A DNA stretch of 64,000 nucleotides from an uncultured archaeon (GCA_963817525.1 CAWFOU010000007.1:64001-128000); one strand, 5' to 3'. Counted from the stretch's first letter, positions 20,875 to 31,747 are shown. Program-made: numbers and translations. Notes: a model not told the origin generated them from the letters alone.

Positions 20875-21678
20875 CTAGATCTGAGCCAGACGATTGGAAC
20901 ATGCTGCATCTTCAATTAGGGCAGCCTTCGTGCCGTTCGTAAGTGCGGCGTACGAGTACGCGATGTACTCGCCGGCGTAGACTCCCTGAGAGACGACTGC
21001 CGACCCGCTGGGAAGCCCCTCAGCGCATGGCCAGACCGTGGTGGTCTGGGGCCAGAGGACAGGGAGCCTCGATTGCGTTGCGCCGGGACCCCCCGACGGG
21101 ACCGTCACGTTCCCCGAAGGCACGGGAATCGTCATATTGACCACGTTGTTCACCTCGACGCCGACCACGATGTCGTTCCACCCCAGAGGGATGCTCCCTG
21201 CCTCGATCAAGTAGAACGGGCCCGAGGGGTCGGTGATCGATATCCAGCCTGAGGAATCGGTCGTGTACTCCTTCAGCGGGCAGGCCGGGAGGGTGGTCGT
21301 CGTCCCGTTTACCACCACCGTCTCGTTGTCGACGACCGCCCCGCTAGGCACCTCATGCACGCACTCGCTCAGGGTGTAGGACAAATCCAAGGTGACCTCC
21401 ACGTCGTTCGGTGAAGGAGCCGGGCCAGCTATGACGGACATTCCCGCTATCGGAGTCATCCCTGATTCATTCACCACCTGTATGAAGATCGCACCCCCCG
21501 ACGCTGAGTCTGAGGAGGACATGGAGTAGGACGACGCGGTCAGGTTCCTTCCCCCCGGATTCCCCAGAATCCCCTGGTTCGTGTACACCAAGACGGCCGT
21601 CACGGACGCAACAATGACCACAACCGCTATCGCCACTGCGGGAATCTTCCGGGATTTCGCACCGGTTGCCGGTCTCAA
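20875..21678 (-). CDS. Membrane-anchored extracellular protein (cassette partner)
   Basis: N-terminal TM, Ser linker, beta-rich domain with Cys pairs. Confidence 0.7.
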   Translation of the reverse strand: MRPATGAKSRKIPAVAIAVVVIVASVTAVLVYTNQGILGNPGGRNLTASSYSMSSSDSASGGAIFIQVVNESGMTPIAGMSVIAGPAPSPNDVEVTLDLSYTLSECVHEVPSGAVVDNETVVVNGTTTTLPACPLKEYTTDSSGWISITDPSGPFYLIEAGSIPLGWNDIVVGVEVNNVVNMTIPVPSGNVTVPSGGPGATQSRLPVLWPQTTTVWPCAEGLPSGSAVVSQGVYAGEYIAYSYAALTNGTKAALIEDAACSNRLAQI

Positions 21679-22018
21679 GAGGGCCTAACCTCGAGGAAAT
21701 CCATGGTTTTGTTGCGTTTAAGAGTTTCCTCAATCCGAACCGCGCAGTTGCCACCGCATCTGACCGAAAACACGTTCACAGACCATCCTGTTGGGGCTGC
21801 TGCCCCATCTGGTGCACCTGATGGTTTTCCTGACTGCCGAACTTCGTACACAACCATCCACCTCTTTCAAACGTGAACTCTGATTCTGAAGGGGAGGGTG
21901 CCGGCAACAATGCCCTTCCCCACGGGCTTATGATTCGTTCTCGTGTGCATGCTCTCGGTCCCGGTTATCCTCAGGAGTTCGACTATGGCGGGTACCCTGC
22001 GGATGAACACTGTACCGT

Positions 22019-22937
22019 TCAACTATCCTTCCAGTCGAGGGTGAGGTCAGGGCCGCTGTTCCAATTGACCGGCATACTTGGGGTGCAGAAGCTGGTAGAA
22101 CTCGAGGACTCAGTAGCGGAAGCACCACTCGGACTCGTTACCGAAGAGTAAGAGCTAAAGGTGTCTGAAGTCGTTCCAGGCATTTGTGTGCAGGTGGTCA
22201 AATTGTACTCTTCGAGGGAGCCGAAAACGGCCGTTTGGTACTGGTCCGTGGTGCACTCTGTCAGATATGAGCCTTGGCTCGCGGTGACATCCACGGACTC
22301 TACGTAGTACGCCGGTCCGTCGCTGGCGCACCCAGAATAACTTGATTCATACGTAATCGTCCCTTTAATGGTGTCACCGGCAGTGGCGCTGTAAGGGGTG
22401 GCATAGTTGGGGGGGGTTGCTTCCGAAAAGGGCATATGCCACAATCCTCCAGCTATTGGAGCAGTTAGATGAGGTGATACAGCCATAAAGCAGAACAGGC
22501 TGCACTATGTCATTAGTGTTGTCAAGGCCGTCGTACAACGCGGAGAATTGGTCCCCGCTGTAAGTCCCGCTTGAGGGAACTGGAGGAGTGGTCCATTCGT
22601 CCTGGAAGCTGGTCCAATAGGCAGTGGGCGTCAAATCCAAATCTCCTTCTGCAGGATGGCCGGAGGTGCCCAATACAAAACTCGTCATCTGGCAGGGGAA
22701 TTTTGTTATCGCCACGGCGGTGCCATTCGGAAGCGTGACTCTGCCAATTGGACTGTCAACAATTGAACCTGACGGTACTTCTCGAGCACAAACCATACCA
22801 CGTTGATGCGAGGATACCACGGCAGAATTCGAATTCGGAACGGCGGCTGCCGCCGACATTCCTCCTGATGCGACCAAGAGTGCTACCACTGCGAACAGAC
22901 CTACGACCTCCACTTTGGATATTGCCCGACGCATCAT
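22019..22937 (-). pseudogene. Secreted G1-peptidase-like protein frameshifted at a C8 tract
   Basis: LYDGL...IVQPVL, AGDTIKGTI, SLEEY; the two ORFs join if the run at 22409-22416 is 7 nt. Confidence 0.7.
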
Positions 22938-22940
22938 TCC

Positions 22941-23100
22941 GTCAGAAGTGATCTGCTCGGACCTAAAAAGGAAGATTCACGACTGATAACACAGTTGAGT
23001 AATCAACTGATAACAATGTTCTGTAAAATTACGGGCAAGCATACCTGCTATCCTACTAGACTTCCCGTGTTTCTCGGTATCCCTTCAAAGTTTCGTTCTG
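22941..23100 (-). promoter_or_regulatory. Cassette promoter copy B plus 3' remnant of EarA-like gene
   Basis: Hexamers at 22980/22992/23004; remnant TLKGYRETREV*. Confidence 0.75.
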
Positions 23101-23108
23101 TACCGGGT

Positions 23109-23990
23109 TCAACCCCGGTTTTCCTCGGTAAGGAAGATGACACTCCCCCCGGTGTACCCGATGATGAACCCTGTCAACGGAGAGTCGGGGCATTCGTTGA
23201 GACCCGGGTAGGGCGGATAGTCTGAGTTGTTGACCTGAGAGGGTGAATAGCCGACTGCCAAGGGAATTTGGATGCAAGCGACCACGCCTGGGTTGAAAGA
23301 AAGCGCCGCGCTCGGCCCAAGACCGTCGAACCCGGTCGAGTTCTCTCCGGTGGAGATCTGGTACTCGACGACGATGCTCTGGTTCGAGTCGAGAGAGAAG
23401 CTCCCGGGCGACGGCGTCACGGTCACGTTGTTGGCCGGAACTATGAGCGTGTCGTTGACCCCTCCCGGGGTTATGACCGCAGTGTAACCGCGCCACTCGG
23501 TCGCGTTCAGCACCGGGGGCGACGAGTAGTTCAGGTTGACGCCATCGTGTGAGAAGTAGTCTATGAACAAGACGCAGATGTCCATGGTCGAGCCGGCGTG
23601 AACAACGAAGACCGGTTCTGCGTATGCAAAGACCGAGGTGCCGTTAGCGAAATTGGTGGTGTTGGAAGGCGGGAGCTTGTACGGCTCGGTGCACGGCGCC
23701 GGGCCCGGCGCCGTGCTGGTCGAGGAGGCTGCGCTCGTTGAGGAGGATTCGCTGGTGGCACTCGAAGAGGTTGTGAGCGTTGAGGTCGCACTGGCCTGCG
23801 GACGGTATGAGGCCTCGTAGATGACGGCACCTAACAGTATCACAATTGTGGTTGCAACGACAAGTCGAATCGCTCGACGGGCTCCAGGTCCCTTCGGACT
23901 GTTTTCCATGTCAAACATCAGCCCTCTTGTTTGCGAACGTGCGGCCTCGTAAATAGGTTTCTCTGAGTTCATTCTTTCTTTTCGCAACAC
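23109..23990 (-). CDS. Membrane-anchored extracellular protein (cassette partner)
   Basis: TM plus S/T linker; paralog of 33795..35078 (PPSN.T..ANGT, STGENSTGFDGL). Confidence 0.75.
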   Translation of the reverse strand: MLRKERMNSEKPIYEAARSQTRGLMFDMENSPKGPGARRAIRLVVATTIVILLGAVIYEASYRPQASATSTLTTSSSATSESSSTSAASSTSTAPGPAPCTEPYKLPPSNTTNFANGTSVFAYAEPVFVVHAGSTMDICVLFIDYFSHDGVNLNYSSPPVLNATEWRGYTAVITPGGVNDTLIVPANNVTVTPSPGSFSLDSNQSIVVEYQISTGENSTGFDGLGPSAALSFNPGVVACIQIPLAVGYSPSQVNNSDYPPYPGLNECPDSPLTGFIIGYTGGSVIFLTEENRG

Positions 23991-24058
23991 ACAGCCTAGT
24001 TCCTATTCGTACAGGTGTAGGCGAGGGTCCCTCCGCCCGGAATTGACGCTCTGGAATC

Positions 24059-25276
24059 TCAATCGCAACTTCCACGCGTGTACTCACTAGAAAGCCAGTG
24101 AGTAGTAAAGCCGCTTGAGGTGATGGTGTTCGTGTTGACGTTTTGCACGTCAGTGCATGAGAAGGGGTAATCCACCTCAGGAGTGCCATGGTACATCTGG
24201 AAAGTCTCGGTGTCCCCGTTTTGGTAGGCTGTGTACGGAGATATGTTGGAGCCAGTGGAAGCATCCTCCAAGTCTAGTCCCGTGAAAGAGACCGTCCCAA
24301 ACTTGGCCAGCGATACATCAGTCGGTCCGTCGTAGGGAAGCTCTGTAATCCACTCAGCATAGGTCGGAGCCGTCATAGTAGAGAAAGAAATGTCCCCTGC
24401 ATAGCAGCTGGTGTTGCTTGTCACATCGTCGATGTTGATCGAATAGGTTGAGTCGCTTTCGGAGTACAGTACATTGTTGATGACGTTGGTCTCTATGGTA
24501 TTGTCGGAGGAAACGGTGGTATCATTGTTACCAGAAACGCAGTCTACTACAGCCCCCACTTGTGTGGAGGCATCAAAGGTCTCGTACCATGCGAAATAGC
24601 TGGCCGTGCAAGTGCTTGAGGGTCCGCACTCGCCGGTAGTGCCATCTTGCACTATGTCGCCGTCACCGTTGCTTTGATCGGTCAATCCGGTCCAAGTCGA
24701 TACCTCGCAAGCCACGTCGTTTTCGCATCCGGTAGACGGGTATTGAGCATCTGATTGGTTGTATTCTATATAACTGGCATAGGTGTCTATCCCACTTCCA
24801 GGGCTCGCGTCGTACCCTGCATAACCTTCAGAATCGACCGTATTCGCCCTCTGATCAGGCTGTATGGAAGAACCCAATATCGCAAGACCTTGCGATTCTG
24901 AAATTACTAGATTGGCCACTACGGAGCCGGTGCTGTTGTGCAACACGAACACGACGTTGTAACTCTCAACCTGCTGCTCGCACGTAGAGGTGGAGATTGT
25001 ACTGTCAATCTGGAAGATGCTGTTGAACGTCGGCTGGTAGTATGAAGTGACTCCTTGGGAGTACAGGCTCGAGAACCGAGCATTTGCGATTGCAGTCGTC
25101 TGATTCATGCTGTCATAGGTCTGTCGAATAGCGGACTGGCAATTGGCAGAAGGTGCAGCGATAGAATTGCTAGCTGAGGTGGCGTTTCCTGCCGGGAGTC
25201 CACGAGAAGCAACCAAAAGGACCAGAATTGCAAGCATGCCTGCGACCCCCAGTTTGGACATAGCTCGGCGCGTCAT
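24059..25276 (-). CDS. Secreted peptidase G1 (glutamic peptidase)-like
   Basis: STWTGL, IVQDGT, YFAWYE, AEWITE; N-terminal signal and putative prodomain. Confidence 0.8.
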   Translation of the reverse strand: MTRRAMSKLGVAGMLAILVLLVASRGLPAGNATSASNSIAAPSANCQSAIRQTYDSMNQTTAIANARFSSLYSQGVTSYYQPTFNSIFQIDSTISTSTCEQQVESYNVVFVLHNSTGSVVANLVISESQGLAILGSSIQPDQRANTVDSEGYAGYDASPGSGIDTYASYIEYNQSDAQYPSTGCENDVACEVSTWTGLTDQSNGDGDIVQDGTTGECGPSSTCTASYFAWYETFDASTQVGAVVDCVSGNNDTTVSSDNTIETNVINNVLYSESDSTYSINIDDVTSNTSCYAGDISFSTMTAPTYAEWITELPYDGPTDVSLAKFGTVSFTGLDLEDASTGSNISPYTAYQNGDTETFQMYHGTPEVDYPFSCTDVQNVNTNTITSSGFTTHWLSSEYTRGSCD

Positions 25277-25277
25277 C

Positions 25278-25370
25278 CTGTCCAGAAGTGATTTGCTCGG
25301 ACCTAAAAAGGAAGATTCACGACTGATAACACAGTTGAGTAATCAACTGATAACAATGTTCTGTAAAATC
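25278..25370 (-). promoter_or_regulatory. Cassette promoter copy C
   Basis: Hexamers at 25320/25332/25344; near-identical to copy A. Confidence 0.75.
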
Positions 25371-25396
25371 ACGGACCAGCGGATCCACCTATCGTC

Positions 25397-25753
25397 CTAG
25401 ACCTCGCCTGTCTCTCGATATCCCTTCAAAGTATTTTCTATGTAACTGAGTGTAGTCGGGTCCCTACAGGTGAACTTGTAGGTCTTCTGCCTTCAATCTT
25501 CATGAACTTCTGTGGCGACCTCGACCACGAGGTGCAGTCGCAGCAACGAATACTCGGGCTCGTATGAGCCTGGTCGGCCACGAATGACTCCGATAACTTC
25601 ACTTGGGTAGAGACGTGTCTTGTGACAAATCTCGGAGACAGAAAGCGGATCCAGAGTGTTCATGAGAGTCCAAAGCACCAGACGCCGAACCCGGCTTCGC
25701 AATGCGATATTCAGGAGACGACGATTGACATTGGCGTCGCCAGGGTCAGACAT
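25397..25753 (-). pseudogene. EarA-family regulator with in-frame TGA at 25493-25495
   Basis: Close paralog of 11377..11730; frame continues RQKTYKF after the stop. Confidence 0.7.
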
Positions 25754-25841
25754 GACAAGCCCAGAAGATTGTTCTGCTGCCTTCGTATTTACGCATTTTC
25801 ACGCAATCGAAGGCCGGAAATTGATGTTACGGCTATGTCTC

Positions 25842-25963
25842 GCAGTATCAAGAGTGGCATTTTTATGCTCCAGTCCGCTTAAAGCAGCACAATGGAATCC
25901 AGTCCGTCGGAAGAAACAAGGTTCCGAACCCCCCGGGGTTCGAATCCCGTCGAGCCCGCTCCC
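25842..25963 (+). repeat. tRNA 3'-half-containing repeat, copy 2
   Basis: Near-identical to 19992..20113. Confidence 0.75.
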
Positions 25964-26323
25964 AGCCGCGTTCGAGGCCCAGCGTTAAGCGTGGTCCATG
26001 CCTCGAGCGGCATTGTCAGCGGGGAGGAGAGGAGGACTTATCCAAGTACTCGCACCCCGAGGGGGACGAGACATTCAGAACGGGGTGCTGGAACGCCCTT
26101 CGCGGGTCGTATGCGACCAGTTCGGTCCTATCTTCTCAGGATTGGAAGACGTGCGAGCTCTGCAGCGTCACACCTGAGGATAGCCTCGATGACCAAGGTC
26201 GAGCTCATGCCTTCACCAAGGCAATCTCGGAGCACGAGAAAGCAGGCGTATCAGGCGGAACCATTGGTTCTTAGACCTTCTCGCAGGTCTCCAAGGCTCG
26301 AACCTCCGAAATCTGCTCACAAC

Positions 26324-26381
26324 TAAGGCTCAACCCTTGAGCACTACCGCGTGTTGAGTAATGCTCAACCCTTGAGCATTA
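26324..26381. repeat. Pair of 23-bp palindromes TAATGCTC-N7-GAGCATTA, 35-bp period
   Basis: 26324..26346 and 26359..26381; related pairs at 37406..37463 and 37602..37659. Confidence 0.8.
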
Positions 26382-26782
26382 ACAAACCCAGGGCGGTTAC
26401 CCCCGGCCTCGCAAGTCTGGGCCATAAAGGCCCATCCGAGATGTCCAAGCTCTAGGAGGTTCCATTTCTAGTGGTACACGACCCCTGACTTAAGGGAAAC
26501 GATTGCGTGGGCAACCGCCCGAATTCGGCTTACAGGCCCCACCGAAAAGGCGCAGAAAATGGCAACGCCGAAAGCAACCCGCCCTGCTAGTCGAGAAACA
26601 CCCAGTCTCTCCATTGAGCGTGTGAGCCGCCTTTCGGATTCAAAATCGTGGACAACGTCAGATTGGGAATCTGGCACCTAAACTCCCGGCGAAGCTGATG
26701 ACCCTCTTGACCGCCGGAAGTAAACTGGTTACCGGTTTCTATCTGCCTGAATCGGTACAAAATTACCGGACGTATCGGCCAC

Positions 26783-27193
26783 CTACCCTGCCACAGTAAT
26801 GGACACTACCGTGGCGGCCGAGAGTGCAAGGCCGGCGGGGCTAACGGCAAATAGGGTCGCGGAGAACGCGCCAGCGGGAAGACCGAACTGCGCTACCCAG
26901 GCCGTTCCATTCCCCTCAGCGGGAAGAGTTACAGTCGCGGTGGAGATTTCGACTGTCTGGCCAGCATTGTTATGGAATACGCCGAAGACGATCCCGATGG
27001 AGGCTCCGTTCGCAGTATTCGTGTAGTTGATTGCTACTGACTGGTAGGCGCCGAGGTTGCCGACGGTCGGAGTCCCCGCCGTTATCCAACATGGCTCTTG
27101 ACAGGTGGTGGCCTGGACTGAATGAACTGCCCCGCCCTGGCAGAAAAATAGGACCGTGGTAATCAAGGCCGCCAATGCTGTTCGACTTCTCAT
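26783..27193 (-). CDS. Secreted Ig-like protein (cassette partner)
   Basis: Signal peptide followed by an all-beta pattern. Confidence 0.7.
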   Translation of the reverse strand: MRSRTALAALITTVLFFCQGGAVHSVQATTCQEPCWITAGTPTVGNLGAYQSVAINYTNTANGASIGIVFGVFHNNAGQTVEISTATVTLPAEGNGTAWVAQFGLPAGAFSATLFAVSPAGLALSAATVVSITVAG

Positions 27194-27321
27194 TCGGTCT
27201 CAACTCCATACCTATGCCTGCTGGCCTTAAAGTAAATGGAAGGAGTCCTCCTCTTGCTTTCCGCTTCGAAGAGCCCTTCGAAGCGGGCTAACCTCGTTCC
27301 TGAACCTTGACGGCGAGGTAG

Positions 27322-28323
27322 TCATCGGAAGTATTGAACGGGTTGCATTGACACCCCGGGCTGGTTTGAAAGCTGTGGCTTTTGCGAGGCAGGGGCAGCG
27401 GAACCAGAGGTGCACGATCCCGTTATTTGACAGCCTATCGGCAAGGACTGTCCATGGACCTTTCCATGATGTATCTTCCACGGCGCACAGGTCCATGTTA
27501 ATGTTGTCGTGCTTGAACCGGATGATACCGAATAGCATTGTAAATTCGACCCCTCCAATGTGAGATAATTGTTAGGAGTTGTTCCCGCTATCAAGGGGAA
27601 GTAGGTGTTCACGGAGCAATACGAAGGATTTGATTCACACCCTGCTGTCACAACACCAACAACGCCACTACTAGTAAATCCCGTGAGGCTTAGAGTGGTA
27701 CTCGAACTCACAGTAGATGGTGCGAAAGTACTCGTGCACGAATTGCCGTAGCAAAATGGATAAAGCTGGAACCACACCGCAGCTACGTTGTTGAATGTTG
27801 GGTAGGAAACGGTGGGCATTGTCAAATACGTACTAGTGGTGACGTCATAGACGCTTGCGCTCGAGTAGACCACTGTATAGGACGTTCCGCTCCCGCTAAA
27901 TGTGCCTGAGGTGTAGAATTGATACTTGTCGGTATAGCCAGGGGTTCCCGACTGACATTGACTGTAAATCGTTCCGCCCCAATAGACTTCGACTGCCTCA
28001 AGACAGCTATGCGTGTTAGAGGAGTCAAACATGACCACGACCTGAAACAGTGCGCTAGCCAGCTCTTGGTTGTCCTGAAGACTGAAACACCAAGTACCCG
28101 TGGTAGTCTCACAGCATGTACTCGCACAAGTGTACAGCTTTGCGGATGTCGGTGCGGTACTCCACGATATAGTTGACGTCTGGGACCATGAAGACGACGC
28201 GCTTGCCGGAGGAACCTGACTCAATGCTGCTAGAACAGTAGCTAGAACTATCGAGATACCCACGAGGCGCGAATTGTTGCGTGTGCCTCCTAAGGTGAAA
28301 GCTTTCCGTGCACCGGGCATCAT
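27322..28323 (-). CDS. Secreted S/T/C-rich protein, thermopsin/G1-like
   Basis: Signal ending ASA; FSLQDN...FQVVV...LEGSN recalls thermopsin-type SLQLN motifs. Confidence 0.5.
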   Translation of the reverse strand: MMPGARKAFTLGGTRNNSRLVGISIVLATVLAALSQVPPASASSSWSQTSTISWSTAPTSAKLYTCASTCCETTTGTWCFSLQDNQELASALFQVVVMFDSSNTHSCLEAVEVYWGGTIYSQCQSGTPGYTDKYQFYTSGTFSGSGTSYTVVYSSASVYDVTTSTYLTMPTVSYPTFNNVAAVWFQLYPFCYGNSCTSTFAPSTVSSSTTLSLTGFTSSGVVGVVTAGCESNPSYCSVNTYFPLIAGTTPNNYLTLEGSNLQCYSVSSGSSTTTLTWTCAPWKIHHGKVHGQSLPIGCQITGSCTSGSAAPASQKPQLSNQPGVSMQPVQYFR

Positions 28324-28395
28324 TCGCAAGCACCTTCAACGTTCAGTTTGGATATTGCACGGCGAATCATTGTGTCTGGAAGGAATTCGCCCGGA

Positions 28396-28466
28396 AATAA
28401 TAAGGAAGATTCACGACTGATAACACAGTTGAATAATCAACTGATAAGGAACAAGGTTCTGTAAAA
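28396..28466 (-). promoter_or_regulatory. Cassette promoter copy D
   Basis: Hexamers at 28414/28426/28438. Confidence 0.75.
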
Positions 28467-29187
28467 TCTAGGGCGAGTGCATCTACCGTCGTCTGAATCT
28501 CCCCTGTTTCCCGATATCTAGACTATGAGGAGCGAAGGCGCGAGAGAAGGTGGATTGGAGATTTTAATCGGACGTGCTATAACTCGCTCCGATACTCGTC
28601 CTCACGTACCGTTCAGTCGGGAAGGAATGCGAGTTCCGGATGATACGCATGCTGTCAGATGATTCGCGCGCCGTTAAGCAGCTATGAGCGGATGAGGGGT
28701 GTGCGCAAGCAGTCAAGAGTCTGGCGAGCGCCAGAGGCCGAGCCAAGGACTTGGGAGGCAAAGACCGGTCAAAAAAAAATAATGAGAGAGGATGAGAGAA
28801 TATCCGCAACGGAGCGTGGTAATCTTTGGATCCCGCGAACTGCCGCCAAAGTTTCTTCTAGGCGCCTCAAGAGAGATGTAGGCAGAGATCAGCCGCCAAC
28901 AATCCGGCTCGGTGTTTTCACGGCTTGCGATGTACACTCGTTAGTGGACATGGGCAAGTTCGCTTACCATTATTTTTGTTTCATTTCGGTTTGGGACTTG
29001 GTCAACTTCTCCTCTTTACCCTGTACACGTAGCTGCAGGGCTATTAGCCCACGATGGGCCCACGATGGCGTCCGCTCGCGCCGAACCTTCAAATGCCGTC
29101 CTAAAATAGAGAGAAAGATAGAATACAGTATCGAAGGCGCGGCGAGTATTTAACACGGGCTAGGCACGTTGCCCTCTGGGGACGGAC

Positions 29188-29400
29188 GTTGACATCCCGG
29201 CGGAGTGAAATGTCAACATCTGAGGGCGATCTGGCAACATCGGAGGCTGTCATGTCAACATAAAGGGCGGCGTGTCAACATAAGGTTGCCACGGATGTCA
29301 ACATCGGCCCGTAATTTGGCAACCCTAAGGCTTCTCTTGGCAACCCTTCAACCCAAAATTGGCAACCCTGGGCGCAAGCTTGGCAACCCTATGTGGCAAC
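29188..29400. repeat. Iteron-like array of TG(T/G)CAAC, ~21-bp period
   Basis: Direct copies at 29211, 29232, 29253, 29273, 29296, 29317, 29338, 29360, 29381, 29394; inverted copies at 29188 and 29285. Confidence 0.8.
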
Positions 29401-29751
29401 CTTGCCAAAATGGTGGGAGCGAGCACAAATCGACTAAATCGGCACGCTGCATGTCCACTCGGGGTTCCCAGACCCAGGCACTAACCCTGCACACCGATTT
29501 CCCAGACTGTATGCACTCTCTCCAGTTGGACATCCCAGTCTGCACACACTGTCCTGGGCAGGTCAGGGTGTATAGGCCCTGTTCATTCCGGTCTCCCAGC
29601 CTGCACACGGTTTCAGGCCGGGAATACGGCGAAGGTCCACCTCCGCCGCACTAGCACTACGAAGTTGATAACCGAGGCGTCCCGTCAGACACGGTCTCTG
29701 CGGACGCGTTACCCAAGGCAAGGTGCGACTAAAATGACGATAAGCGCGAGA

Positions 29752-30547
29752 TCAGGACTTCAGCTCGGCGATAGCCCTGGAGACCTCTGTTTGCCCGACA
29801 CCGAGATTCCGCGAAACTGCCGCGTAGTCATCGGCGGTGAAAAAGGACACGACGTCGTTGGCTCTTCCTTGGCCGATCATGGCAGACGCTCCTCTCTTCA
29901 GGTCGCTGACTTCTGAATCGGAGTGCCACAGAAGCCCGTAGATGTCCGCGATGTCCTTTAGCCGCTTGTGCTCCTTGTCCCTGTTTGAGACGGAGTTGAG
30001 CTTGGTCGCCAGCAGCACCTCGGGCTTGGGCAGGATGAGCTTCGCGCCGAATTCCTCCACCGTGACGTGCCTCTTCCCGTCGAAGACCTCCGAGAGCAGG
30101 GGCTCGTCGATCGGCACGAACCCGAGGACCTCCTTGGCGCGAGGATGTATCTTATCGACGATCGGGTCGATGTACATGTCGAAGATGAAGGACTGGTTCA
30201 CCTTCTTTGCCTTCCCTTCCGACAGCTCCTTCTTCGTCTCGGTGTCGACGTGCTTGACAAACTGAAAGCTGATGGGCTCGAAGCCCACGTCGCCGATTCT
30301 CTTGATGGTCTGCGCGAACACAGAGCTCCTGAGCTCCGAATCGGTCCATCGTGGATCTATGTGAAAGCCGAGGTCGATGTCCCGAGAGCCGATGAAATTC
30401 CTACCCTGCGAAGCGCTGAAGTTCTTGTTCACATTGATTTAGACCGCCCATTCCCCCTAGAAGGCATATCTGGCCTCCCAGCTCCCTGAGGACGGTGGAG
30501 AGCTGCGACCGGGAGACCTCTACCTCATAATCCTGGTAGAGAGACAT
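29752..30547 (-). pseudogene. AbiEii-like nucleotidyltransferase toxin, disrupted
   Basis: LLGG/WAV motif broken by a +1 shift and TAA; GSRDIDL, LLATKL, KDIAD retained. Confidence 0.7.
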
Positions 30548-31142
30548 TCTTCGACTCCTTGTCCATCAGCATCTCGGCCGCTTCCACGCACACCCCGCCT
30601 TCGCTGAGCAGGTCAACTATCAACTGAGGCATAGAGACGATTTTAAGACCACCCCTATCGAAGGAGCGGTAGAAGACCTGCTCGTCTCCGATCAGCACCC
30701 GCGTGTTCCCCTTCCCCACCAGGCCCTCCTTCGAAAGCAAGCTGTGCCACTTCGGCAGCTCCTCCGGCTTGATGTAAAAGTCGACCCTCGAGGGGAAGAG
30801 GTAGTTCTGGACGCGATTCTCTGCCTGATAGGTCGTGAGCGCGTAGCCCAGGCTTGTCTTGTTGAGCACGTCGAGCGGCTTCCTCAGCATGTACTCCCTC
30901 CTGTTTGGTTCCAGCCGCCACTTTTGCCACAGCGCCATCAGTTTCTTGTAGTCCTTCACCTTCGTTCCCTGCAGCATGCCACCGCGTTCCAGGTTTCTCA
31001 GGAGTTCGTGTACCCATGGGTACGCTCCCAGGGATTCTTTGGCTATCCTGTACTTCGACAGGGTTCCGGAAGGATTGTTCAGCAGTATCCGGAGTACCCT
31101 CTCTCTGATCGTCCCTCTTCTCTCAGGCATCCGACCAACCAA
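30525..31142 (-). CDS. AbiEi-like antitoxin/transcriptional regulator
   Basis: N-terminal HTH; C-terminal IVSMPQLIVDLL...G...EAAE; overlaps the NTase gene. Confidence 0.75.
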   Translation of the reverse strand: MVGRMPERRGTIRERVLRILLNNPSGTLSKYRIAKESLGAYPWVHELLRNLERGGMLQGTKVKDYKKLMALWQKWRLEPNRREYMLRKPLDVLNKTSLGYALTTYQAENRVQNYLFPSRVDFYIKPEELPKWHSLLSKEGLVGKGNTRVLIGDEQVFYRSFDRGGLKIVSMPQLIVDLLSEGGVCVEAAEMLMDKESKNVSLPGL

Positions 31143-31346
31143 GTATGTAGGTAACGCCCATATGAAGTCTCGATTACCTATATATCGGTAAGTATCAAAC
31201 TATTTAAACCCTACCTACACTATTAACAATGGCATTAGATACGCGCGGGCCCAATAAGATAGGGTCTGCTGCAGACCGGCCATCATGCCCTAGTGAAGGG
31301 CGCAAGGTAAGCTCCGCAGAATCGAAGTTTATCCTCTCCCTGTTCC

Positions 31347-31747
31347 GGATTCGCGGAGATGTGGACAAATGCTGTCCACAATTCTGGACAAGAGTTATGG
31401 ACAGATGCCGTCCATAAGTCCAAACAAGAGTTATGGCCCAATGCGGGCCATAACTTTGCCAGGTTGCGATCCTTCTTCATGGTCTTTTTCACTTCAGGGC
31501 CGATGGTGTGCTTTCCCCGCGTCAGGCCGACGTGCCGGGCAGTCTCGCTGACCCTGCGATACATCCCACCGATGCCATACTTTCCGTACCAGGTCGACGA
31601 TCAGCTTCACGGGACGCCTTACCCCCGTTGACGCAGACGGAGTTCTCCGGCTTGTCGATTACCCCCATCTCCTCGTGGACGCACTTCGTCCTGAGATCTG
31701 CCATCTCGAAGTGCGGCCTCAGCGTCGTGAACGGGAAGTCGGCCTCA
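31347..31747. repeat. ~400-bp duplicated segment, copy 1, with three 36-bp palindromic units and a decayed minus-strand gene
   Basis: Palindromes TTATGG(A/C)C-N7-G(T/G)CCA(T/C)AA at 31359, 31395, 31431; homologous to 36895..37329. Confidence 0.8.

Noticed and set aside
28524-29153. ORFs 28564, 28659 and 28713 as genes
   Set aside because: No recognisable motifs; probably decayed sequence.
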